From NCBI RefSeq assembly GCF_000315625.1, contig NW_005434673.1, positions 763,023-827,022 of the forward strand: a DNA stretch of 64,000 nt, read 5' to 3'. Positions 25,150 to 37,600 of this stretch are shown in pieces (position 1 is the stretch's first letter; every line of letters starts with the position of its first letter). A model generated the notes under the pieces. It ran no database searches, was not told the origin of the DNA, and worked only from the letters and a program-made list of their open reading frames with translations. The DNA is from Guillardia theta CCMP2712. Taxonomy: Eukaryota; Protista; Cryptophyta. Both the position numbers and the translations under genes were made by a program.

Positions 25150-25245
<96 letters not shown>

Positions 25246-27256
25246 ACAGGAGGAAAACCTCGGGTGAGAGTGGGAAAGACCAATCGCCTGTCCTCCAGTG
25301 CGCGCAAATGAAATCCTTGCTTTCGTCGTTGTCGATCACATGCTGCTGTGCTGGAGGTGTTCCCCTCATCCTCCTGCGCAGGCGCTCTGCCTGGAGGAAA
25401 TCGTCAGGAAGGCGATCATCGGGCCCCGGGGAGCGACACCGTCAGTTCCAGCTTGTTTGAGTAGCGAACGTGAGCAAGGAGAAGAAGAAAGTCCTCCGGG
25501 ATGAAGGAAGTCGGAAGCTTGTTCCAAGTTACAAGTCGAGAGCAGACGAAAGATGACGACGCGAGGAGATGAGAACGAAAGAGGAAGGAGGGAGGAGGGA
25601 AGGGAAGGAGAGGAGGAGAGAGGGATCGGTGCACAAGTGGAGGAGGGAAGGAGAGGAGGAGAGAGGAGGAGGAGAGGAGAGAAGGGGAGGAGAGGAGAAG
25701 GACATGGGGGGAGGGGGAAGGGCAGGCTCAGGTTTTACCTTTGAGGCGTTTGTGAGCGTTTCTCTTGAGACCTGACAGTCGTCTGTACAAGTTTTCTGAC
25801 ATTCTCTCCTGCATGAGGAGTCGCACCAGCCATTTTGCCTGCGAGGCGATGAGAGGACGACCACGGGAGGGTCTGAAATTTCACTTGACGATTGGGTTGA
25901 ACTCTGCGGAGTGGCAACTGGGAGAGAACGCGGGAAGAAAAGTCAGAGATGAAGATGAAGTTGGAGATGAAGAAGAAAATGAAGATGATTGTGGAGATGG
26001 AGTTGGAGTTCTCACCGTGAGATGCAGGAGCTACACCTCGCCTGAAGTGCCCGAGAACGCTGCCATGAGGACAAGAAAGATTAGGACAAGAAAGTCGTCA
26101 AGGCTTTTCTGCTACCTCGTTCCCGTCAAAGATCGCCCTCACCCTCCCGACTTCCACCAGACGGAAGCTCGTGTCGATCCAAACGATCTTCCAGCAACAG
26201 TGAGGGCACGACCACGTTCGGCCCACAGCACAATCAGACTAACCTCTTCGCTGTTGTCTCCGAACCTCGACGTCAAGTCGGCAGGAGCGATCGGCTCCAG
26301 GTTCTTGAAATCTTCAGGGCCCTGCAGATTTGTAATGCTCCCATCCCATCTGACCATCAGGCGTCACTCCCGCCTCTGCCTTCCCCCCCATCCCCCTCAC
26401 TCCGCGTCTTGTAGCCATGGGGGAGGGCGTTGGAAGCAAACACCTTTGCAATACTTGTGTCGATTAGGGAGAGATGAACCTCACTTTCCCGTCATCACCG
26501 TCCGAGCAGAAGGACGAGCTTCCATCCTCGAGAAGAACTTCTCGTAACTGCATCAAGTCATCGTCTCCAAGGACCCCCGCCAACCTTACGAGGTGATCGC
26601 AGCATAATCATTCATCACTGAGATGTTAAAGTAGAAGCCGAGGGGTCTGACACACGACATGCAAGGCCCGAAAGATGTCTGACAGCAAGATGTCACCCTC
26701 AACTCGACCTTACGTTCTCATGACAGGAAAAGGGTCATCGAAATGCTCTCCGAGGACTAGCGATCGGTTGAGGAGTCTGCGACAACACAGTGAGGAAGGG
26801 GTTGCGCCCGAAGATCACAACGATGAAGACCTTGCAGCTTCTAGAGCATACATGAGAGATTGTCGGCGATTAGACAAACCTAGCAGTTCAAATCGAACGT
26901 GGTCGGTGCATTCCAACATAAAAACCTCCAAAGTTAATGTCGACCACCAGGACCTTCCGAGGTTCATCTCCTCCGACACGACCGCTCTCCTGTTCTTGCT
27001 GATGTCTGTGTTTGCGATTCAACTTTCTCCTCCAGTCCGACAAGGCCTTGTGCCTCTCCTCCTCATCGGACGCTCCGATCGCTCCCCCTTCCGCCCGGGA
27101 TCCTTCCTCCCTGGATGGAGACAAGGAGGCAAGGGTAGGAACTGAGGACGGCACTTCTGAAGCCGAGCATGTGCTGAGCAGTGTGTCGGAGTCCGTGCAT
27201 GAGCTCAGGGTCGCTACGAGAAGGAGGAGGAGGAGGACTGCATGCGCTTCCTTCAT
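24409..27256 (-). CDS. GDP-fucose protein O-fucosyltransferase-like (POFUT/GT65-GT68 fold), secreted
   Basis: Signal peptide MKEAHAVLLLLLLVATLSS. Spliced motifs GLSNRRQSLMYALEAAR/LLNRSLVL, FYFNISVM, FICAHWRTGDW, LFLASDATEE and AILEQLVCAK..VFIGTRRSTFTETIVEER. Confidence 0.75.
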
Positions 27257-27523
27257 ACCGCCCCTGCCATGGCCAGACCGCCCGACAGCTCGTGAGTAAG
27301 GGGGGTAGAGGGTGGAGAGTTTGTATCTTGACTATAAAAGTACCGGGTACTTGCAAAGCATTTGGATTTAATTGACAGAGGTGGGTGAAATTTGAAGGGG
27401 TACTTGGACAGGACAAAATCAGCCGAATGGCAGGGAGGGAGGACAGAGGGAGGGAGGGAGCTACCCTAGCGCGCAGATCGAAGAGGAAGAGACCGACGGC
27501 AAGTGTCTGACAAGACAAGCAAG

Positions 27524-28939
27524 ATGGACACTGGTATGAAGGATGGGACTGAAAACCGTGCGAAAGCCATGCTTGACCTCATCCATGGACTTGCTAGCCC
27601 TCTGTTTTCTCCCACGCCTTCTAAGGAGAAGTCGGGTGCAGGCTCAACGCCTGTTCTTTCTTGTCAACTGCCTCTTTCTAGAGATTCGGAGACTACCCCA
27701 CCGTCTCCTGCTTTCTCCTACAAGCTCTCGAGGAATCACATTAACTCTCTGCTTGCCCGAGACATGGTGCACGCTTCCCCACGATCAAGAACGCCCAGGA
27801 AATCGAGCTCTCCGCAAGAGGGATACGCGTATGGAGGCTTGCACAGCAGCACTCGTCGGGCTGAGAGACCAGTCCCTGCTCGCCTGTTCGTGGCGAAACA
27901 AGGGGCTCGAGCCAGCCCATTCGAACCCGCAAGAACCCGAAAGGATCTGATCCAAACTGCCTCTCGCCCTCCTGCAAGCTCGCCAGCAGCCTCGAGGAGG
28001 CCGCAGGGTTCTGCAGAGAAGCACGTGGTTATCTGTTCCTCTGGACGAGAGAGCCAGGCGCAGACTTCTCGCACGTGCAATGACGTGGTAGAGGGTAATG
28101 AAGACAATCTAATTGCGACGAGGCCAGAGGAGCTGTCCAGCCTTCGAAATGATCTGCAGACCTTGAAGTGCCAACTGGAACAGCAACGTTCAGCTTACGG
28201 AGATGTACTTATCCAGCTGGAGAAGGAAACTGCAAGACGAGTTTCTCTTGAGAGGAGCTTGCATGAAGAACTGTTGAACTCAAGCCAACTGGAATGGAAA
28301 CTGCAGGCCGAGGCGTTGCTGAACAGCTCAATGCAAGAAAAGTCTCGTGGATACCATGATTGTAACATTATAGAGAAAGCGCACATCAGTGTGAGCGAAC
28401 AAATCGATGATCTAGAGCGATGCATCGAGTGCTTGGAAGACCAAATGAATCATTTCAACTTGCAACTCCACAGACAAAACAAACAAAGATCCAATGATGA
28501 TGAGGAAGATAGCATGAAGACCATGGATAGGAAATATGATTCGAGCAGTCGTGAAGTGCTCGTTCAACAGGTTAGTCCCTCCTCCGTATTCAGAGCTGAT
28601 TGATGACAACTGACTGCACAGGGAAGCCAATCCTCTTGCCCTATGAAGAGCATCAATCTCTCCCTCACAGATATGCTTCTGGAGCACCAATTGATGAGAC
28701 GTGAAGTCGACAGGATGGCACATGGCTCCCTGGACGAGTTCGAGGTGATGGTGAATCTCATGGAACGGATAACACTGGTTTATGGCATTCACCTTCGCCG
28801 ATTCCAACGAGCCTCAAGCAACGTCGATGAAATTTCCAAAGACCTAGAAGCTGCGGAACACGAAAATGCAAGGTTGCGAAACATGTTGAATTATATGCTC
28901 TGTAGGTTAGAAACCAGAGATTCCTCTTTGAAAAAGTAG
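27524..28939 (+). CDS. Hypothetical protein with Ser/Pro-rich N-terminus and coiled-coil C-terminus
   Basis: Long ORF 27503-28603 joined through a ~50-nt intron to ORF 28643-28939. Heptad-like segment ELSSLRNDLQTLKCQLEQQ. Confidence 0.6.
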
Positions 28940-29035
28940 CGACGACAAGAATGGTCTACCTGGAATACTTTGAAGTACTGGATCAAAGAATCGATTTGTA
29001 GTCTTATTACAAACAAGAAGAGAAAGTTGTCGCTA

Positions 29036-29503
29036 CTAACGGTACCAGATGTTATCCCAATGATCACGAATCTGTCTTCCCTGTGGAAACGACTCGTCCG
29101 GGTATTGCGGCCTGGTTGGACTGAGGAAAAATTGATTGACAGTCTGATAGTGGTTCTGTGCCTCGTCCTGGTTCCGTCCGAAGATGGAGCCTATGGATGA
29201 CTCTGGCCATCTCGGAAACCTTGTTCGCTTTCCAGCCACGATGGGAGGAGCTCGCTTCCTTGATATAGAAGGCAGCCTCGACCTAGATTCATCGGATTCC
29301 TCCGCGTAACTCCCCTCACTGCGGATCGGCATGTTGCTGCTCCATCCGCTCTTCCCGTTTAATGAGATCACAGCTGGCTTTTCGCTAAATCTCTTGCTCC
29401 CTCGGATCCCAGGGCTCGCGTCTAAGAAGTCCTTGCGAGGTGATCGCAGACCTGGGGAGTGTAGAGCATGCATCACCTCAGCTATCCTTGGCTGAGCAAA
29501 CAT
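29036..29503 (-). CDS. Small basic hypothetical protein (3' end uncertain)
   Basis: ORF from ATG 29503 (MFAQPRIAEVMHALHSPGLRSPRK...), transcribed divergently from Dad1. Confidence 0.4.
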   Translation of the reverse strand: MFAQPRIAEVMHALHSPGLRSPRKDFLDASPGIRGSKRFSEKPAVISLNGKSGWSSNMPIRSEGSYAEESDESRSRLPSISRKRAPPIVAGKRTRFPRWPESSIGSIFGRNQDEAQNHYQTVNQFFLSPTRPQYPDESFPQGRQIRDHWDNIWYR

Positions 29504-29722
29504 GTCATGCAAGCAAACCCTCACAAAGATCACAAAGATGACACTGAACGCAACAAAATCAAAACAGAAGATTGGAAGTTTTGACCCACCCCCATGACCC
29601 ACCCCTCGAAGCCCACAGCGGCTACCCCCTTCATGGGGAGGGGTCCGAACGGAGGGTTTAAAGGGGGGTGGAGGGGTGGGGTAAAGTTCCAAAATGGAGG
29701 GTTGAAAGTTTGAAAGTTGATT

Positions 29723-29910
29723 TTGATTGGAAAATGATTGCAAAAGTATACGGTTACGACCGTTTCTGATACGTGTAACGGTACGAAACGGGGAGTTTTG
29801 ATTGGAAAATGATTATTGTTTCAAAAAGTTGATTGGAAAATGATTACTGCAAACTTTCGTTGATTGGAAAATGATTACTCCAAAAATTTGTTGATTGGAA
29901 ATTGATGATT
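29723..29910. promoter_or_regulatory. Array of five TTGATTGGAAAATGATT elements (inverted CCAAT boxes) with interspersed AACGG/TAACCG Myb-type sites in a divergent promoter
   Basis: GATTGG starts at 29725, 29800, 29831, 29862 and 29893; the last four are exactly 31 bp apart. Confidence 0.7.
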
Positions 29911-30053
29911 GCCCCCCTAGGCCCGGAAACCGTCGGATCAGGTTGAGCCGCCCGGAGACAACGGTTACTGAGTTAGTCAAGTACGGTCCGCCGGGCCCGG
30001 GCCCGGATGCCGTTATGAAGCGTGGAGAAATTATGTAACCGTCGATTTAAACC

Positions 30054-30424
30054 ATGCAGGCGGAGGAGTTTGAGGAGGCGCGGGAAGCGATGCTGGCAGA
30101 GATAGCTGAGGTTCGTTGATGGATGGGAAGAGTTGTCTACCTTCAAGCTCCTTCTCCTCCTTCTCCTCCTTCTCCTCCACCACCACCATCCTACTGCTGT
30201 CCTACCTGTACTTCCTTGACTGGGGTTCCCTCTGATTGTCATACGTATTGGACATCTGGGTTGTTGTCTGTAAGACGATAATCGTGATGCAGGGTCTGGG
30301 AAATGTGGTGACAAACATGGGGTCGTTAAATAGAAATCTTGAGTCTATTGTTGAAGTGGGAGATGAGATTGGCAAGGTGTCTCAGGTTTGGTCGGATTTT
30401 CAGGGGAAGATGAATTCGAAGTAA
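30054..30424 (+). CDS. DAD1: DASH/Dam1 kinetochore complex subunit Dad1 (2 exons: 30054-30110, 30293-30424)
   Basis: Spliced MQAEEFEEAREAMLAEIAE|GLGNVVTNMGSLNRNLESIVEVGDEIGKVSQVWSDFQ matches the Dad1 pattern FE..R..L..EI....V..N...LNR.LE....VG.E...V...WS.F. Confidence 0.85.
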
Positions 30425-30582
30425 AGCATTGGGGTAATTCCTCAAATTTACCTTTCCTTCTTCCAGACTGTTGAAAGAAAGTTCTTTAAAGTATGTGAAT
30501 GAATCTCTTTTGTCTGTTTATTCTTTTTCGACGACATCAAGTCGAACTTTTCAGCTTCAGGCTGCTCATTGCTCGCAACAAC

Positions 30583-33500
30583 ATGGAGGGGCAGAAACGT
30601 TCTTGGCGGACCACTCAATCATGTCATCAGCACGCAATGCTCAGTATTCACTTCGACTGATATCTTCATCTGTGCAAGAGATGTCCAGTGTACGCGCTTC
30701 CTCATCTTGCTGAACTCATGTCCCACAACAGCAAGTCAAATGCACCGGTACCTACAACTCCCGCCTGCCGCCATGCCGACCACCACAGCTCAACGAGCTA
30801 TGTAGGGGTGATAGGATCTTCTGCAAGTGACTTGCTGTATCCGAGTGTACGGCAGATATCCTACCCTCCTGCCCATCGCTCCGGCTTCTCTTCAAAAATC
30901 ATTTCCCCTCCCCCTCTAATAAGCACGTCTCTCCCTACCCAATTCCCCTGCCCTCCTCCCTCCCTCCCTCCCCTCCCCGCTAGCCTCCGCCCCACTCGCT
31001 AGGTCCCCCCCGGTCGCTCGCAGGTTTCGGAGGGCATTGTCACCTGCCTCTAGCTTGCTTCCATCCCCTCCCGCTCCTGATGGCAGCACGTCGTCGGGCA
31101 GCGGCGCTGGCTGGGAGGAAGATGCAGGCAGTAAAAGATCGGGAGGCAGGAGCAGCAAAGCCTTGGTCTGACAGGAGACTCCTCATGTGCGAGCTGCATG
31201 GTGGCTTGGGGAACAGGTCTCGCTGTAGACTGTGTGCTGAGAGCTTGAGGGCATGACACTGGTGCCCAGGATTCAAGGGATCGTGTCATGTATTGTATGT
31301 TCTCAACCGCACGAACATTCTAGAGTGTGATGTGAAGTTGGTGCAGACTTTCGCCATCTTGACGAACAGAGCATTGGTGATGATCTTGTCACTTGAACTG
31401 CATGCAGGGCGACCTGAACTCTTGTAGCTTCTAGACTGGACCATCGAAACCAACGTGCTGAATGGGCTCATGCCCTGCCCGGTGCTGTGATGGGAGTCGA
31501 TGACATGTGGAGACTAAATCATCTCCGAAAGATCCACCAAGTCCTTGAGGTCCACCACATCAGCAACATCTCGCTATCCCAGGAACTCCTGCTTGATCGC
31601 ACGTTACGACGAGCTGACGTTTGGCAACAGGCTGACATGCTGGAGCTGCATAAGAAGAAGGGTAAGACCTGCGCTGGAGGGGATGGGAGGAAGGAACCGA
31701 CCAGGACGTGAAGTTCTTCCAGTCAAGGTGTTCTCAAGCGCCTTGATGGAAAAATCAGGTCGACTGTCCAACTGGGGAGATCTTTTGCTCTGCAGGTCAC
31801 ACCATTGCTTCCTTTCATGGTCGCTGCTCGTGACAAGCAGGGTTGTCAGAAACCTGTCTTACTACTTGTCTGGTGTTCCTCTCGTAATCTTGCCGGTCTT
31901 TGCGATTGCTCGCATGCAGGAAGCATCTCAAACGTGTTGTAGGCATGGAGATGGATGCCCGAGCTCATCGCCAATCAACAGTACCTTTTCAAGTCCTTGC
32001 GCCTGAGCTCAGCTTTTTCCTCCAGCCTTTCCCCACCATTGACTTCCGTTTTCGATGAGCATGTCAGAGTCGACATGAGCCAGCCAGGTCGCCCTGCCGG
32101 CATGTCTCTTGCCAGGTTCATCGGCTTGCAGGGACTCCCTATCCTTTCTTCCAGATCGCAGCTCCATATTTCGTGCGTCCCGCCGGTCACATCCAAGAGT
32201 GGGCCAAACGGATCAGCAGGTGATTGCAGTACCAGCATAGCTGCCAGCTCGATGACTCCCCGATCGCCTGCGACAGCTCCTGGCCGAAGGACATGAAAGT
32301 AGTTGGGATACACGGTGAGCAACAGGGCAGGACTAACTAGTCGCGTGCCTGATGCTCAGAGCTCAGTTCGTGCTGGGATCGAGAGCGACAGCCAGCGAGA
32401 GGTGGAGCATTTCTTCAGGTGCGTCTCCCCTGCCGCTCGCTCCCGGATCTTTTGAATGACAGTCATCGGGCCAGCCCTGCTGAACTGCACCCCACATGGG
32501 TACTCCTTTCCTCGAGACTGAGCCGCTCCCACTGACTGCAAACAGATCCATTGTGCGTATTCCGCGATGAACCATGAGACCACGATGTTCAGACGCGATT
32601 CGGTGAAAGGATTGACGGAGAAGGTATGTTCCCTGCGACCTGTGCACGCAAATGAGTGCAAGACGTCATTGCTATGCAGTCATGACGTTCAGATGTGCGT
32701 CTGAACTCAAATTACGGTAGGTCATATTCTTCCTTGCGTCAGATTCAATGGAAACCAAGATCAATATGCTAAGACAGGCACATTTAAGATTGTTTTGTTT
32801 GTATCTAATAGGATTCTCCACAACTATGCTCCAGATCGCGAAGGAGGAAGGGAAGGTGCCGTTGGACTTTGGTTCAATCATGTGATTTGTGATCTCACCC
32901 TCAAGGTGGTCAAGGCTATCAACGAGAAAGTTATCTTTCCATGTTGAGATGAAGCTTGTGAAAGAGCGCGGTTCATGTTTCATGCAGTGCTGAGCCGACG
33001 AGAGAGAAACAGATTGTTTGATGAAAGCCTGCTCGAAATGAAACATCAACATCAGCTAGAGTCCATGGATGTCAATCCAGTTAGAAATCTTTGAGTCCTT
33101 GTGATCGTCAATGATGCCTCATGCGGCCAGGTGGTGTTGGAGTTCAGCTCAGGGACGGCCGTCAGCTTCCTCGCTAAGGTGCCGCATGAAAGAAGAGGAC
33201 TTGCGTGACGCTGTTAGCAGGAGGTGGATAGGTATACATGTCAGTCAGTTCAGACTGCCATGCTGGACATGACTGTAAATTGCTTTCCTCTCAAGTCTGC
33301 TGGCCCTGAGCAGGGCCCTTCAGATCCTCTCCTTCTCGGACCTGTTGGTTGTTTCCCACTACTCGACCTTCACAGCATGGCCCGTGGCCTCCTCAAACGC
33401 CTCAGCTTTCTACGCGGTTTCCAGGTGAGGAAGCGAGCAGGCAGAGTTCGAAGGAGAGACTCTGGAGCTCAGGGACGGAGACTGTTTCCCGCTGGATTCG

Positions 33501-33730
33501 AAAGAACCGTTCTCCGAGTCAGGAGAGCTCTTTCGTGGCAACGCGGTAAGTCTGGTCTCAGAGCAGCAAGGCGGTCGGGGGCGATGACATGTACGTACAG
33601 GACTGTTACACAGACAAGTTTACCTACCAGGTGCTGCATGTGCCCCTCGTCTCCATGTCTCCTCACCCTTACCACTCAGAACTCCTGGTCAAGACCCCGA
33701 CAAGTTCACTCTCGCTCAGCGACACCCTGA
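30583..33730 (+). CDS. Alpha-1,2-fucosyltransferase-like protein (GT37/GT11 type) built from many micro-exons
   Basis: Spliced ELHGGLGNR|IQGIVSCI..FAILTNRAL|LLDW and KVVGIH|VRAG match the fucosyltransferase GLGNR and GxHVR motifs. More than 20 short exons; both ends approximate. Confidence 0.6.
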
Positions 33731-33780
33731 CCTCCCTCCTTCTCTTATTCTTTATGTGAAGTATGTGCATGCTAGGATCC

Positions 33781-34224
33781 TCAAAAATATCCCAAGTTGG
33801 ATTGATAGTAACTCTGACCATTCAGCTTCACGTCGCCGCTCTCCTCCAACTTCTTCAACTTCTCTCGATACCTCTTGAAAACGGAGGACTCTTTGTGAGA
33901 GAGGTAGTCGTCCTTGCTTCTGAAGCGCTCAATGATAACACCCGCAAGTTCGTCCCGATCTGATAATGCAAGCTCATAACTCAGAGTGTTTGCCTCGCTC
34001 TTCCTGCAGAACTCAGCCTCCTCGGCGTACAATACCTTGAAGTCCTCCTTCACTTTCTTGCTGGAAAATGTCACATGGACGATCAGGATGAAAGATGCAA
34101 TTGTTGGCTTCTCCCTGTCTGCTCTTGTCTGTGTGGAGCTTCTCCTCGAGTACATGCTAAAGAGCAAGTATGCAGCGGCAACTGTCACCACTGCAAAAAC
34201 CACGGCCTTGGGATGCTTCATCAT
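33781..34224 (-). CDS. Membrane-anchored ABM (antibiotic biosynthesis monooxygenase-like dimeric alpha/beta barrel) protein, intronless
   Basis: N-terminal hydrophobic helix followed by FILIVHVTF...EANTLSYELALSD...IIERFRSKDDYLSHKES. Confidence 0.7.
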   Translation of the reverse strand: MMKHPKAVVFAVVTVAAAYLLFSMYSRRSSTQTRADREKPTIASFILIVHVTFSSKKVKEDFKVLYAEEAEFCRKSEANTLSYELALSDRDELAGVIIERFRSKDDYLSHKESSVFKRYREKLKKLEESGDVKLNGQSYYQSNLGYF

Positions 34225-34663
34225 CACCAACGAACACTCAACAACTCGTTGGCTCGCGTTGTCTCTCACTCACTCACTCACTCTCACTTGCCCTCACTGA
34301 CTGTCTTGCTGCCTCTTGCTCCTCGCACCCCTCCTTCACTTGTTCGCTATCTCCTGCATTCTGCTCAGAATTCTGCTCGGCTCTTCCCTTCCGTTATGTT
34401 TCCGTTCTCATGGTGTAACTCCGTTATAAAAACAGTTACATCCCACGAGCAAAAAATGCAGACAAGGACGGAATGGTGGGAGGGCGGCGTCGGGGCTGCA
34501 GGTGTTCTTCGCCTCGATATGTCGGCTGAAGCCTCGCGCCTCTCCTCCTCCTCCTGCCTGCTGATGCCGGTCGTCTGCTTCCTCAAGTAGGTGTCTGCCT
34601 TCCCTGGGCTGGTTGAGATGGCCTAGACCTGCTCCCTTGGTTGCTGATAGTGACTTCGCTCAA

Positions 34664-37600
34664 ATGCCGCCCAAGACTCTCTTGCCCACCGGCCTTCGAT
34701 CCACAGCCAACGTCCTGCTGAGAACCATACGAACCAGGTCGAAGGATCAGCAGGAGCGGTTGGCAGCTCTCGATGAGTTGAGCGCCCTGCTGTTGAGCGG
34801 GAAGAACGACTCTGAGATCAGCGCTGCCGCTGTCACGTTGGGATGGGCGGAGGCACCGAGTTGGTCGAACAGCACAGACGAGGCATCGAGGTTCATTCAT
34901 GATCACCTCGTCAGCACCCTCCTCCCTGTCTTGGGCGAAGCTCTCATGGACTCGGATGCTGAGATTTCGCAGCGGACCACGCTGGTCCTTGCAAGAATCG
35001 GAGCTTCCCTGGGGTCAGAAGCTCAAGACTTTTTCGCGTGGGCGTGTGCTGGCGTGAACAAACAGGCAACGCAGGATCCTGTCATGCTCTCTGTTCTGCT
35101 CGCCGTCATCTCTCAGACGATGCGCCTGGGTCAGCAGGACGCAGTGAAGCCGTTCGCCGTGGAGGTCGTGAAGGAGCTTGTCAACCTCCTGGAGACTGTC
35201 GAACACTACCAGATGGTGATCCCCATCGTCGTCAACCTGCAGCAGATCGCTCGTCTGTTCCCTCTCGTCGTCTCTGGCGTCTTCAAGGACATTATCGACC
35301 TCCTGGTCGGGTGGAGTCTTGATCCAATCGTGCCGGAGAGGGCGAGGCAGCAGATCACGACGACGTTTGCGAACTTCGAAGAGCACTGGAGTGAGCATCT
35401 TGACTTCGCTGAGGCCTTGCTTTCCAAGCTTGTCGATGACTTGGAGGCCCTGGACCAAGTCGTTCGCACAAAGTTGCCCGAGGTGCAGGGGGCGCAGAGG
35501 TGGACGAGCCAGGAGGCAGCGAGTGCTCTTTCAGAGATCTCGCGGCTCGCGGCTTGCTTCGTTGGGGTCCTGAGTTGCTCGGGGAAGAAGTTTGTCAAGA
35601 ACCAGGTACGATTGGATCCTCTTACTGCCCAGGTTGCTGACATGCTGGGCAGGGTGAAAACTTTGTGCGGCGATTCCTCGCTTGCATCGAGGGCATGTCG
35701 AGCATGACGGGCAGGCTGTCGTCTTCTTTCCTGCTGGATGACCCAAACTTGTCCTGGCGGGTCGATTGCTACCTGGGAAACTCTCAGAGCATTGTGAGGC
35801 TGCTGATCAATCTGGTGCAATGTGAGTCGGCCATGGCGGACCCGATCTACAAGAACCTCGAGACCTTCATCGGGTACTGCGCAAACCACAACGAAGAAGC
35901 TGCCGTGACCGTCCTTCTCCATCTTGTCAACGCCCTGGGCCTCGAGCAGTACATGAGGGGTCTGAAGCTCAGCAGCAGCCGAGCTGCGCAGATACAGGGA
36001 TCACCCCTGCTCGTTGGCACTGAGCTCTCATCGGCGGCCATGAGCAGGATCGCAGTCTTGCTTCTGAATCCTGCTTCGGTGACGGCACGGCTGCGGCTCA
36101 AGGCGAGCAGGCACCTTGCCGTGATCGTGAGGCAGCTGTACTTTGGCATCTGGCAGTGTTCCGAACCTTTCTCCTCCGACAAGTCTGAATGCTGGAATCA
36201 ACGGTCCAGCTCATCAATCATTGGGATGTACCTGCAGGAGCTGGAAGATGCGTGCAGGCAGCTACGGGATGGGAACGAGAAGCTGGAGCGACAGATGGAG
36301 ACAGTCTCGAAGAAAGAGGAAGATGCGCTTGTGGACAAGCTGCGAGAGTCGGAGATGGTCGTCGTCTTCCTGGGGGGTATCCTGCTGCAGTCCATGAAGG
36401 AGCTGCAGGGAGATCTGGACCTGGTGGTTCAAGAGCAGCTCGTCTCCTCTATCACCGTATGTGCCACGAGCTTGCAGGGTCTTTCCAGCGGCTTCCATGC
36501 AGCTTCCAGGGCCCAGTCGGTCTTCATCCACCTGCTGGACCACCTGCTGGGGAGGACAAGGGAGACGGAGATGGCGAGGTCTCTGATCCGGCATTCCGTT
36601 GAAGTCATCTGCATCCTGTATCGTCCTGACGCCTCTCAGTCGCTCAAGCTCTCTATCGTTCAGTCTCTCTACCTCATCTGCGTTGCTTCAGCCGATGGTC
36701 AGGCCCCCCGCGGTTCTCACCTAACTATTCGATTAACTCCTCACACTCTAGAGAGGATGTGTACCCTTGCGGGTAAGCTCGCCCGCGATCCCGACGCCAT
36801 GGTGCGGCTCAGCTCTGCCAGGACTGTGTGCGCAGCGGCGCTCGCTGCGAGGGAGCGAGCGCCGCTGTGGTCGCTTGTGCTTGTGAGAGAGGCCATGTCT
36901 CGATTGTCGGACAAGGAGAGCAAGGTCGTGAGAGCGTTCTCCAGCTGCCTGGGGCACATTTCTCACCTTGTCCTCCTCTTTCCCGTCCGCCTGCTCAGTC
37001 AGCTCTCCAACCCTCTGATTGCCGTGCAGCCCTGGCAGCGGGCACTCGCTTGCAACCCAGCAGTTCCGATGAGGTCAGCCGACTTCCAGCGGTACATTTC
37101 CTTCGTGTCGCAGCGATCGCACTTGGATCTTTCTCCTCTCCTCCCGCGCATCTATGCCGTCAGCGAGGCTGTCTCTAAGGCCTTGGGTGTGGGCGAGGAA
37201 ACGAAAGACAGGCAGCAAGCAGGTTCCGACGCCTTCAACGCCTTCTACGCCTTCTTCGGAGCAACAGGCGACGAGCTGCATCGTTGCGAACTCTGGGCGT
37301 TGATGGAGGCGAGCAGGCTGCTGGTAAGAAGCAAGCTTCGATCCTCCTTCGGCGGGCCCGTGCAGACATTCGAGGCGTTAGAGCACATGCTGCTGGAGGC
37401 CTGCACGCGAGCTGAGATGGAGGCGCGACGAGATGAAGTCGCTCCCGGGCAGCAGCCCAACTGGCATAAGGGGATCCGCATGCTGCTGCACCTGCTCGGC
37501 CACCTGGAGAGACAGATCTTCAACGCGTACGAGGGGAGCGTGAACCTGCCGCAGAGCAGCGCAGGGAGCGCAAAGTTCTTCCGGGGGAACCGCAAGGTGT

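Noticed and set aside
29723-29910. Repeat-spacer pattern resembling a mini CRISPR array
   Set aside because: The 17-nt repeats and ~14-nt spacers are too short, there are no cas genes, and the context is eukaryotic. Phased CCAAT boxes explain it better.
35600-35710. Apparent frameshift between the first two SMG1 ORFs
   Set aside because: Resolved by a canonical 48-nt GT-AG intron (35605-35652) with a CTGAC branch motif.
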